Shown here: in pieces, positions 18,218 to 26,464 of the stretch
Numbering within the stretch: the stretch's first letter is position 1
How the letters are laid out: every line of letters starts with the position of its first letter
NCBI GenBank assembly: GCA_964413545.1
Contig: CAYPUM010000002.1
Span: 1-31,746 of the forward strand
Direction: 5' to 3'
Length of the DNA: 31,746 bases
From: an uncultured Roseibacillus sp.
GTDB lineage: Bacteria > Verrucomicrobiota > Verrucomicrobiia > Verrucomicrobiales > Akkermansiaceae
The notes under the pieces: generated by a model
Told to the model about the DNA's origin: nothing
Databases searched by the model: none
The model's input: only the letters and a program-made list of their open reading frames with translations
Translations under genes and position numbers: made by a program

Positions 18218-19693
18218 ATGGATGCGAAGCTGATAGAGTCCGTCGTGGCGGAAGTCCTCGGCCAGCTCGACGCGAACCGGGCGGAAAGCGGTCCGAAACC
18301 CGCCGCTGGTTCCCGGGCGGCGCCGCGGCCGGCGAAGCCGCCGGCCTGCGGGTGTGGCCCGGCGCGCCGGGGCGTCTTCGCGGACCCCGGGGAGGCCGCC
18401 GCCGCGGCCCGCGAGGCGCAGACACGGCTCCGCGAGAAGGGCATGGCCGGCCGCGCCACGATCGTCGGGATCGTCAAGACGCTCTGCCGCGACAAGGCCG
18501 AGGAGTGGGGCCGGCTGGAATTCGAGGAAACCAAGGTGGGGCGGCTCGATCACAAGATCGAGAAGCTGACCGGCATTCCGGCCCTGCCGGGCGTCGAATG
18601 GCTGAGTCCTTACGGGCTCAGCGGCGATCATGGAATCACCCTCGAGGAAAAGGCGCCCTTCGGTGTCATCGCGGGCATCACGCCGGTCACGCACTCGATA
18701 CCGACGCTTGCCTCGAACGTGGTGAGCATGGTGGCGGCCGGCAACACGGTCGTCTTCAATGCGCACCCCTCGGGGGCGCGCTGCGCGGCGGAGGCGGTGG
18801 CGGTCTTCAACGAGGCGATCGAGGCCGAGACCGGTCTGCGCAACGTCGTCACGATCGTCGAGGAGCCGACCATTGATTCGTTCAATGCCCTGTGTGCCTC
18901 GGGGGACATCGACCTGCTCTGCGTGACGGGCGGCCCCGGGGTGGTGCGCGCCGCCATGAAGAGCGGGAAACGCGCCATTTGCGCCGGCCCCGGGAACCCT
19001 CCGGTGGTGGTCGACGAGACCGCCGATCTCGACCGCGCGGCGCGTGCGGTGATCGTCGGCGCGGCCTACGACAACAACCTGCTGTGTATCGGCGAGAAGC
19101 AGGTCTTCGTGGTGGATGGCGTTTACGGCGCGTTTCTGGAAGCCATGAAGCGCGCCGGGGCGCGGCAGCTGAAGCGGGAGGAGGTGCGGCGTCTCGCGGA
19201 CGAGGCCTTCACCACGAAGGAGGACGCCGGGGGGTGTTCGCACCGGGTTCTGAACCGGGCCCTGGTGGGGGCGGACGCGCGGGTTCTGGCGGACGCCGCG
19301 GGGGTGCGGGTTCCGGCGGAGACGGAGGTCCTGTTCGGGGAGTGCCCGTTCGAGTGCCCCTTCGTGCATGAGGAGCAGATGATGCCGTTCCTGCCGGTGG
19401 TGCGGGCCCGCGACGTCGGGGAGGCCATCGAGCTGGCCTACCAGTCCGAGCACCAGTTCAAGCATTCGGCCATCATGCACTCGAAGAACCTTGACCATCT
19501 CACCGCCATGGGGCGTCGCATGGATTGCACGCTCTTTGTGAAGAACGGCGCGAGCATCGCCGGTCTCGGGATGGGCGGGGAAGGATACGGCAACTACTCG
19601 GTGGCGACCGCCACCGGGGAGGGGATCGTGACTCCCGAGACCTTCACCCGCCGGCGCCGCTGCGCCATGATCGACAACCTGAATATTGTCTGA
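18218..19693 (+). CDS. CoA-acylating aldehyde dehydrogenase (PduP/EutE family), probable lactaldehyde dehydrogenase
   Basis: N-terminal encapsulation peptide (LIESVVAEVLGQL); PFGVIAGITPVTH, AGNTVVFNAHP, VTGGPGVV, AGPGNPP, catalytic DNNLLCIGEK, EQMMP, HSAIMHS, GMGGEG. Confidence 0.95.
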   Translation: MDAKLIESVVAEVLGQLDANRAESGPKPAAGSRAAPRPAKPPACGCGPARRGVFADPGEAAAAAREAQTRLREKGMAGRATIVGIVKTLCRDKAEEWGRLEFEETKVGRLDHKIEKLTGIPALPGVEWLSPYGLSGDHGITLEEKAPFGVIAGITPVTHSIPTLASNVVSMVAAGNTVVFNAHPSGARCAAEAVAVFNEAIEAETGLRNVVTIVEEPTIDSFNALCASGDIDLLCVTGGPGVVRAAMKSGKRAICAGPGNPPVVVDETADLDRAARAVIVGAAYDNNLLCIGEKQVFVVDGVYGAFLEAMKRAGARQLKREEVRRLADEAFTTKEDAGGCSHRVLNRALVGADARVLADAAGVRVPAETEVLFGECPFECPFVHEEQMMPFLPVVRARDVGEAIELAYQSEHQFKHSAIMHSKNLDHLTAMGRRMDCTLFVKNGASIAGLGMGGEGYGNYSVATATGEGIVTPETFTRRRRCAMIDNLNIV

Positions 19694-19968
19694 TGTTACG
19701 GGCACGCATCGTCGGAACGGCCACCGCCACCGTCAGCCACCCCGGGATCAAGGGGTGCCGGCACCTCTTGTGCGAGGTGCTGGACCACGAGGGCGGCCCG
19801 ACCGGCCGCATCGTGGTGGCGGTGGACCGGCTGGGGGCCGGGGCCGGTTCCGAGGTGCTGGTCACGGCGGATGGCGAGGCCGCCTGCCGGGGACTGGCGG
19901 CCGGCCGCGCGCCGCTGCGCAACGCCGTCTTCGGCATCATCGATTCCACCGGAGGAGGCGCCTCATGA
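19693..19968 (+). CDS. BMC-P pentamer (EutN/CcmL family)
   Basis: ATG 19693 overlaps the aldehyde DH stop (TGATG); MLRARIVGTATAT...VVAVDRLGAGAGSEVLVT..G...AVFGIID; C-terminal part of ORF-track 19525..19968. Confidence 0.88.
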   Translation: MLRARIVGTATATVSHPGIKGCRHLLCEVLDHEGGPTGRIVVAVDRLGAGAGSEVLVTADGEAACRGLAAGRAPLRNAVFGIIDSTGGGAS

Positions 19969-20255
19969 AAGCGGGACGCGTCATCGGAAAAGTCGTGCCG
20001 AGCCGCACCGTGGCCAACCTGCCCGCCGGGAGCTGGCTCGTCATCAATCCCTTCAACCGCGAGCAGTACCGCGACCCGTGGAACGCCCCGCTTTCCGGGG
20101 AGCCCAGCGTGGTGGCGTTCGACGAGCTGGGGGCCGGCGAGGGGGAGATCGTGGGCTTCGTCGAGGGCGGCGAGGCGAGCTGGCATTTCCCGGCGCCCGC
20201 CCCGGTCGACACCTACGTCTCCGTGATCTTCGACCGCATCAACTATCACGACTGA
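19965..20255 (+). CDS. BMC-P pentamer (EutN/CcmL family, divergent)
   Basis: ATGA overlap at 19965; MKAGRVIGKVV...VVAFDELGAGEGEIVGFVEGGEA...PVDTYVSVIFD; C-terminal part of ORF-track 19686..20255. Confidence 0.88.
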   Translation: MKAGRVIGKVVPSRTVANLPAGSWLVINPFNREQYRDPWNAPLSGEPSVVAFDELGAGEGEIVGFVEGGEASWHFPAPAPVDTYVSVIFDRINYHD

Positions 20256-20262
20256 TTCTACC

Positions 20263-21348
20263 ATGAAAAGAGTAGTAACGCTCGATATGGCGCGCGCCCA
20301 CGTGGCGGGCGGCGGCGCTCCCGGCGACCTGTCGGAAGGAGCGATCCTGACGCCCCTTGCGCGCGATTTCCTCCGCGACAACGGATTCGGGGCGGGGGCG
20401 CGTTCCGGTCCCCCCGGTCCGCCTGCGGGGGCCGCCCCGGCGGAGCCGGTGGCGCCGGATTACGAGTTCCGCTGGGACCCGGCGCGGGAGCCCCGGAGCG
20501 ACGCCGCGGTCCGGGACTACTTCGATTCGCCGGAGATCGCGGTGCTGAAGCGGCGGATGATCGACATCGGCCGGCGCATGTGGGAGCGCGGATACACCGA
20601 CGGGAACGGCGGCAACCTGACGATCCGGGTGGGCGAGAACCTCGTTCTCTGCACTCCGACCATGATCTCGAAGGGGTTCATGCGCGAGGAGGACATGTGC
20701 CTTGTGGACCTCGAGGGGCGGCAGCTCGCGGGGCGGCGCAAGCGCACCAGCGAGGTGCTCACGCATCTCGCCATCATCAAGCGCCAGCCGAAGGCGAAAG
20801 CCTGTTGCCACGCCCATCCGCCGTACGCCACCGCCTTCGCGCTGGCCCGGGTCCGTCCGCCGACCTGCCTGATGCCCGAAGCGGAGGTCTTTCTCGGGGA
20901 GGTCGGGATGGCGGAGTATCAGACCCCGGGCACGCCGGAGGTCGCGGAAGCGGTGGGCGCCGCGGGATACGACAACATGGCGGTCCTGATGGAGAACCAC
21001 GGCGTCATCACGTGGGGCAAGGACGTCGAGGACGCCTACTGGCGGATGGAGAACATCGACGCCTACTGCAAGACGGTATGGGTGGCCTCGCAACTCGGCA
21101 AGGACCTCGCCCCGTTCTCGACCGAGCAGGCCCGGGACTTGATCGAATTGCGCAAGACGCTCGGCATGACCGACAAGCGCGAGCACTGGAAGGAGTGCGA
21201 ACTCTGCGACAACAGCGAGTTCCGTCCCGGCTTCACGAGTTGCCCGGTCCCCGCGCCGGGCGCGCCGGATCAGGGCGGCGCCCTCAACGAGGAGGCCGAG
21301 CTCCTGGTCCGGACCATCACGGAACAGATCCTCGAAAAATCAAGGTAG
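20263..21348 (+). CDS. Class II aldolase (fuculose/rhamnulose-1-phosphate aldolase-like) with extra N- and C-terminal modules
   Basis: GNGGNLTIR, TPTMISKG, TSEVLTHL, Zn-ligand HAHPPYATAF, MENHGV; C-terminal amphipathic EAELLVRTITEQILEK. Confidence 0.92.
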   Translation: MKRVVTLDMARAHVAGGGAPGDLSEGAILTPLARDFLRDNGFGAGARSGPPGPPAGAAPAEPVAPDYEFRWDPAREPRSDAAVRDYFDSPEIAVLKRRMIDIGRRMWERGYTDGNGGNLTIRVGENLVLCTPTMISKGFMREEDMCLVDLEGRQLAGRRKRTSEVLTHLAIIKRQPKAKACCHAHPPYATAFALARVRPPTCLMPEAEVFLGEVGMAEYQTPGTPEVAEAVGAAGYDNMAVLMENHGVITWGKDVEDAYWRMENIDAYCKTVWVASQLGKDLAPFSTEQARDLIELRKTLGMTDKREHWKECELCDNSEFRPGFTSCPVPAPGAPDQGGALNEEAELLVRTITEQILEKSR

Positions 21349-21422
21349 AATCGCGACCTCAGATTTGGAATTCGAGATTCAAGGGGCGCGCGACGACCGC
21401 TTGAGGAGGAAGGAAGTTGAGC

Positions 21423-22346
21423 ATGAAAGTGACGATTATCGGCGGCGGCGGACGGGTTGGATCGAACGCGGCGTTTGCGCTGCAGTGTGCGGGGATCGTG
21501 TCCGAGATCCAGCTCGTGGACGTGGATGCGGCCCTTGCGGAAGGGGAGGCCCTCGACCTGCTTCACGGCGCCTCGGTTTACGGAGATCAACGTATTTACG
21601 CTGGCGGTTATGAGCGGGCCGGGGACAGCGACCTCTTCGTGATCACGGCGGGCTCGCGCCGCAAGCCGGACGAGTCGCGGCTGGATCTCATCAACCGCAA
21701 CGTCGGGATCTTCCGCTCGATTCTCGACAGCATCCGGGAGGCGGGCCACAAGGACGGCGCGAAGTTCTTCGTGGTCTCGAACCCGGTCGATGTTCTGACG
21801 CACCTTGCGGCGAACGTGCTGGATGTGCCGGCCTCGCAGGTGCTCGGGCTGGGCACGATGCTGGACACGGCGCGGTTCCGCTCGCTGATCGCGGAGGCGC
21901 TGGAGCTTCCCCCGACGCAGGTGAAGGCGCTCATTCTCGGGGAACACGGCGACTCGATGGTGCCGGTCTGGTCGAGCGCCACGGTGGGCGGGTTGCCCCT
22001 CGCGGGGACGAAGGGCTGCGACATCAACTTCCAGAACACCATCTTCAGGCGCACCCGGGGCAGCGGGGCGGAAGTGATCCGGCGGAAAGGCGGGGCCGGC
22101 TGGGCGGTGGGCGCCACCATCGCCGAGGCGGTCCATGCCATCGCCCTCGACAAGCGCCGGGTGCTCCCGGTGTCCAGCCCCCAGAACGGATGCTACGGGA
22201 TCCGCGACATCAGCCTCAGCGTCCCGACCGTCGTGGGGCGCCAAGGCGTCCTCCGGCACCTCGAGATCGATCTCTGGCCGAAGGAGAAAGCCGGGCTGCA
22301 AAACTCCGCGCAAGCCCTCAAAACAACCTTCGGGGAGCTTTCGTGA
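21423..22346 (+). CDS. NAD-dependent L-2-hydroxyacid dehydrogenase, LDH/MDH superfamily
   Basis: MKVTIIGGGGRVG, LVDVD, EGEALDL, ITAGSRRKPDESRLDL, VSNPVD, GTMLDTAR, GEHGDS; substrate ambiguous (see findings). Confidence 0.92.
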   Translation: MKVTIIGGGGRVGSNAAFALQCAGIVSEIQLVDVDAALAEGEALDLLHGASVYGDQRIYAGGYERAGDSDLFVITAGSRRKPDESRLDLINRNVGIFRSILDSIREAGHKDGAKFFVVSNPVDVLTHLAANVLDVPASQVLGLGTMLDTARFRSLIAEALELPPTQVKALILGEHGDSMVPVWSSATVGGLPLAGTKGCDINFQNTIFRRTRGSGAEVIRRKGGAGWAVGATIAEAVHAIALDKRRVLPVSSPQNGCYGIRDISLSVPTVVGRQGVLRHLEIDLWPKEKAGLQNSAQALKTTFGELS

Positions 22347-22458
22347 GCGGCGGGAAACGCCCCGGCCACGATGGGTGGTCCCTCCGGGGCCGATCGTCAT
22401 GACCAGAACGGGGCATTCGCCCTCGCCCCCGCGGCCGATCGCCGCTATGGGTGGGGCC

Positions 22459-23760
22459 ATGAACGAGGCGGCGGAACCTGCGGCGGAACCTGCGACGGAA
22501 CAGATTCGGGAAGAGATCCACGCCATGGGGCGGATGGCGCGGAAAGCGGCGCACGCCATGGCGGGCCTCGATACGGACCGGAAGAACGCGATCCTCGGGG
22601 CCATGGCGGGAGGATTGCGGGCGCACGCGTCCGGCATCCTCGCAGCCAACCGGAAGGACCTCGCGGCCGGCGAAGCGGCCGGGCTCAGTCCGGCCATGCT
22701 GGATCGGTTGCGGCTCGACGAGAGGCGGGTCGACGCGGTGGCGCGAGGGATCGGGCAGGTGGCCGGCCTTTCCGACCCGGTGGGCGAGGTGCTGGGCGAA
22801 TGGACCCGTCCGAACGGGATGCGGATCGAACAGGTGCGGGTGCCGATCGGCGTGATCGGGATCATTTACGAGAGCCGCCCGAACGTCACGAGCGACGCGG
22901 CGGCGCTATGCCTGAAGTCGGGCAATGTTACCATCCTGCGGGGAGGGTCGGAAGCGATTCACACGAACCGGGCCATTGCGGCGGCCTTGCAGGCGGGCGG
23001 CGGGGAGGCGGGGATGCCGGTGGGGGCGGTTCAGTTGATTCCGTTCACGAGCCGGGAGAGCGTGAAGGTGATGGCGGGGATGGAGCGGCATCTCGACTTG
23101 ATCATCCCGCGCGGCGGCAAGGGGCTGATCGAGACGGTGGTTTCCATGGCGCGAATGCCGGTCATCAAGCACTACGACGGGATTTGTCATGTCTTCGTCG
23201 ACCGGGCGGCGGAGCCCGGGATGGCGGAGGCGATCGTGGTGGATGCCAAGACGCAGAAGCCGAGCGTGTGCAACGCGATGGAGACCCTGCTGGTGCACGA
23301 GGCGGTGGCGGGAGAGTTCCTGCCGCGGGCGGCGGCGAACCTGAAAGGGCGCGGGGTGGAGCTGCGCGGATGCCCCCGGACGCTCGCCATTCTCGGCGCC
23401 GGAACCGTGCCGGCCACCGAGGAGGATTGGCGGACCGAATACCTCGATCTCGTCCTGTCGGTGAAGGTGGTCCCGTCGCTGGATGCGGCGGTGGAACACA
23501 TCAACGCATTCGGCTCGCAGCACACCGACTGCATCGTCACGGACGACAAGGCGGCGGCGGAGCGCTTCCTGCGGGAAGTGGATTCCGCGTGCGTCTTCCA
23601 CAACCTCTCGACGCGCTTCAGCGACGGCGAGGAGTTCGGCTTCGGGGCGGAGATCGGGATCTCGACCGGCAAGCTGCACGCCCGGGGCCCGATGGCGCTG
23701 CGGGAACTCACCTCCTACCAGTATCGGGTCCGGGGCGAGGGGCAGGTGAAGGGGGGATGA
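22459..23760 (+). CDS. proA: Gamma-glutamyl phosphate reductase
   Basis: Start moved to ATG 22459; VPIGVIGIIYESRPNVT, LKSGN..ILRGGSEA, IPRGG, GICH, PSVCNAMET, HTDCI, RFSDGEEFGFGAEIGISTGKLHARGPM. Confidence 0.97.
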   Translation: MNEAAEPAAEPATEQIREEIHAMGRMARKAAHAMAGLDTDRKNAILGAMAGGLRAHASGILAANRKDLAAGEAAGLSPAMLDRLRLDERRVDAVARGIGQVAGLSDPVGEVLGEWTRPNGMRIEQVRVPIGVIGIIYESRPNVTSDAAALCLKSGNVTILRGGSEAIHTNRAIAAALQAGGGEAGMPVGAVQLIPFTSRESVKVMAGMERHLDLIIPRGGKGLIETVVSMARMPVIKHYDGICHVFVDRAAEPGMAEAIVVDAKTQKPSVCNAMETLLVHEAVAGEFLPRAAANLKGRGVELRGCPRTLAILGAGTVPATEEDWRTEYLDLVLSVKVVPSLDAAVEHINAFGSQHTDCIVTDDKAAAERFLREVDSACVFHNLSTRFSDGEEFGFGAEIGISTGKLHARGPMALRELTSYQYRVRGEGQVKGG

Positions 23761-23776
23761 CCGGCGCGGCCGCCGG
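23761..23776. terminator. Possible bidirectional hairpin between convergent proA and FHA genes
   Basis: CCGGCG-CGGC-CGCCGG perfect 6-bp stem directly after the proA stop; no clear U-tract. Confidence 0.25.
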
Positions 23777-23798
23777 GGCGTCCCCGCTTCGTTCGCAA

Positions 23799-24524
23799 CT
23801 ACTCCGGGTTCTCAGGCGCTTCCTCGGAGGCAGGGCTTGTTAGAAAGAGGATGCCGCGGTCGTTTGCGAAGTGCTTGCTGGCAAGGCCGAGGTAGAAGGC
23901 GAGGGCGGCGAGAATGAGGAAGGCGACCGTGGTCAGAAAGTCCGCGATGCCGCTGGGTTCCCTCGCCTCCGCAGTCTCGCCCTCCGCCTCTGGCGACGGC
24001 TCGGACTCGCGCTTTGGCTTGCGTTTCGGTTTGGGGCGTTTCTTCTTTCCGGGCTCGCGGTCTTCGGCGGGGGGCTGGTCTTCTTCTTCGGGTTCATCCC
24101 CCTTTTCCTCCCCGGAGTCCTCGTCCTTGATTTCGAGTTCTTCGGAGGCTTCGCCGGAGGCGTCGAGTGGCGGGAGTTTGGGGCGTTGTTGCGGCGAGCG
24201 TTCCTCCCTTGCGAGGTCGTCGAGTTCCTCGTCGGAGAGCTGGAATTCGAGCAGGGCGTCCCCGACGTGGACCTCCTGGTCGTTGGCGAGGTCGATGACC
24301 TCCATGGGGTCTCCGGAGAGCTTGATGCCGTTGGTGGAGTCGAGATCGGCGAGGATGTATCCTCCCTCGACGCGGCGCATCTCGCAGTGGCGGGCCGAGA
24401 CCGAGGGGTCGTCGACCACGATGTCGTTGTCGGCGGCCCGGCCGAGGCGCACCACCTTGCGTTCGAGGGAGAATCGGTAGGGCTGCGCATTCTTGCCGGG
24501 GACGGTGAGGCAGACTCTGGGCAT
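23799..24524 (-). CDS. FHA-domain protein with acidic linker and C-terminal TM helix
   Basis: FHA signature RLGRAADND..VDDPSVSARHC...DLDSTNG; Glu/Pro-rich linker, basic KKKRPKPKRKPKR patch, hydrophobic FLTTVAFLILAALAFYLGL. Confidence 0.88.
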   Translation of the reverse strand: MPRVCLTVPGKNAQPYRFSLERKVVRLGRAADNDIVVDDPSVSARHCEMRRVEGGYILADLDSTNGIKLSGDPMEVIDLANDQEVHVGDALLEFQLSDEELDDLAREERSPQQRPKLPPLDASGEASEELEIKDEDSGEEKGDEPEEEDQPPAEDREPGKKKRPKPKRKPKRESEPSPEAEGETAEAREPSGIADFLTTVAFLILAALAFYLGLASKHFANDRGILFLTSPASEEAPENPE

Positions 24525-24613
24525 GGCGGCGGTCTTTTCAGGGTTGGTGTTTCGAGCGTGAATTGACAGGGCGGCGCGGAGGGTCTAACTCCCGGGCGTC
24601 CTGTTGCGCTATC

Positions 24614-26464
24614 ATGAGTAAGACGGAGCCCGAGACCAGAGAATTTCACGCCGAAGTCCGCGAGTTGCTGGAGATCGTCGCCCATTCGCTCTACACCGAC
24701 CGCGAGATTTTCATCCGGGAGCTGATTTCCAACGCTTCGGACGCCCTTGAGAGGCTGCGGATGATCCAGTTGACGGAGTCGGAGGTGTTCGATGCGGGCC
24801 TGCCGATGGAGGTCAACATCACGACCGACGAGACGGCGCGGACCATCACGATTGCGGATTACGGGACCGGGATGACGCGCGAGGAACTGGTCGAGAACCT
24901 TGGGACGATTGCGCACTCGGGAACGCGGGCTTTCCTCGAGGGAATGAAGGCGGGCGGGGCGGCCGGGAGCGACGTCATCGGGCAGTTCGGGGTGGGCTTC
25001 TACAGCGTGTTCATGGTGGCGGAGCGGGTCGAGGTCTACACCCACTCATGGCGAAACGACGCGGAACATCTGAAATGGGAGAGCGACGGGCAGGGCGGAT
25101 ACGCCATCGATGTGGCTGACGGCCAGCGCCGCGGGGCCCGCGTGGTGGTGCGCCTGAAGGAGGAACACGCCGAGTTCGCCCGCAAGGAAAGGGTGCGCGG
25201 CGTGATCGAGCGCTACTCGAACTTCGTGGGCTTCCCGGTGAACCTCAACGGCGAGCGTGTCAACACCGTCGAGGCCCTCTGGCTGAAACCGAAGAACGAG
25301 GTCACCGGGGAGCAGTACAAGGAATTCTACCGGTTCACGGCGCACGCCGGGGACGAGCCGCGTTACACGATGCACTTCAGCGCGGACGCGCCGCTGGCGA
25401 TCAACGCCCTGCTCTTTGTGCCGGGCGAGAACGTGGAACGGTTCGGTCTGGGTCCGCAGCCGCCGGGAGTGGCCTTGTATTGCCGCAAGGTGTTGATCGA
25501 CGCGCATCCGGAGGGGCTTCTTCCGGAGTGGCTGCGTTTCCTGCGGGGGGTGATCGACAGCGAGGACCTGCCCTTGAACATCTCGCGGGAGTCGATGCAG
25601 GACAGCGCCCTTGTGAGGAAGTTGAACGACGTCCTCACCAAGCGCTTCGTGAAGTTCCTCGACAAGCAGGCCCGCGACGACGGGGAGAAGTTCCGCCAGT
25701 TCTTCGAACGGTTCGGGCGGTTCCTGAAGGAAGGGATCGTGGCGACTCCGGAACACAAGGAAGCCCTCGCGGGATTGCTGCGCTTCGAATCGTCGATGAC
25801 GGAAGCCGGCGCCGTCACCTCGCTCGGGGAATACGTGGACCGCATGAAAGAGGGACAGGAGGAGATCTACTACCTGGCCGGACCGGGGCGGGAGGCTCTC
25901 GAGAGCGGACCATTCTTTGAAGCCTTCCGGGCCCGGGGACTCGAAGTGGCCTTCTTCACCGAGGCGGTGGACGAATACCTGCTGGAGGTCATGGGAACCT
26001 TCCGGGAAAAGAAACTCGTGGCCGCCAACCGGGCCGGGATCGAGCTCGACGACGTGCCGGCCGAAGGCGAAGCGCTATCCGCGGAGGAGTCCGAGGGTCT
26101 CCTCAAGTGGCTCAACAAGATCCTTGGCGACCGCGTGGAGCGGGTCGACTCCGGGAAGCGCCTCGTGAATCATCCCGTGGCGGCCCTCCTGCCGGAGGAC
26201 GCGCCGAACGCCCACACGCGAGCCATGCTCAGGGCGCTCGGTCAGGAGGTCCCGGAGCCCAAGGCGCGTCTCGAGATCAACCCGCGTCATCCGCTGGTGA
26301 AGCGGGTCGCGGCCCTGCGCCACGCCGATGAGGACCTTGCCTCCCGGGTGGCGCGGCAACTCGCCGACAACGCCCTCTTGGCGGCCGGCTTGAGTTCCAA
26401 TCCGGCCGGCGTCTCCGACGGCATGAACGCACTTGTGGAGGAGATGCTGGGAAGGGCCGGCTGA
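24614..26464 (+). CDS. htpG: Hsp90 chaperone
   Basis: Start moved to ATG 24614; FHAEV..LL...HSLY..REIFIRELISNASDA, NLGTIAHSGT, IGQFGVGFYS, LPLNISRE, LEINPRHPL. Confidence 0.98.
   Translation: MSKTEPETREFHAEVRELLEIVAHSLYTDREIFIRELISNASDALERLRMIQLTESEVFDAGLPMEVNITTDETARTITIADYGTGMTREELVENLGTIAHSGTRAFLEGMKAGGAAGSDVIGQFGVGFYSVFMVAERVEVYTHSWRNDAEHLKWESDGQGGYAIDVADGQRRGARVVVRLKEEHAEFARKERVRGVIERYSNFVGFPVNLNGERVNTVEALWLKPKNEVTGEQYKEFYRFTAHAGDEPRYTMHFSADAPLAINALLFVPGENVERFGLGPQPPGVALYCRKVLIDAHPEGLLPEWLRFLRGVIDSEDLPLNISRESMQDSALVRKLNDVLTKRFVKFLDKQARDDGEKFRQFFERFGRFLKEGIVATPEHKEALAGLLRFESSMTEAGAVTSLGEYVDRMKEGQEEIYYLAGPGREALESGPFFEAFRARGLEVAFFTEAVDEYLLEVMGTFREKKLVAANRAGIELDDVPAEGEALSAEESEGLLKWLNKILGDRVERVDSGKRLVNHPVAALLPEDAPNAHTRAMLRALGQEVPEPKARLEINPRHPLVKRVAALRHADEDLASRVARQLADNALLAAGLSSNPAGVSDGMNALVEEMLGRAG

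Noticed and set aside
22468-22501. 12-bp tandem repeat GCGGCGGAACCT x ~2.8 at the proA 5' end
   Set aside because: In-frame, encodes a disordered AAEP N-terminal tail; no phase-variation potential
22459-23760. proA as a second BMC aldehyde dehydrogenase
   Set aside because: All ProA signature motifs are present, there is no encapsulation peptide, and 112 bp separate it from the operon; housekeeping neighbour
24563-24591. Sigma70 promoter for htpG
   Set aside because: TTGACA is perfect but the hexamer 17 bp on (TAACTC) lacks the conserved last T; no CIRCE repeat seen; not supported enough to list
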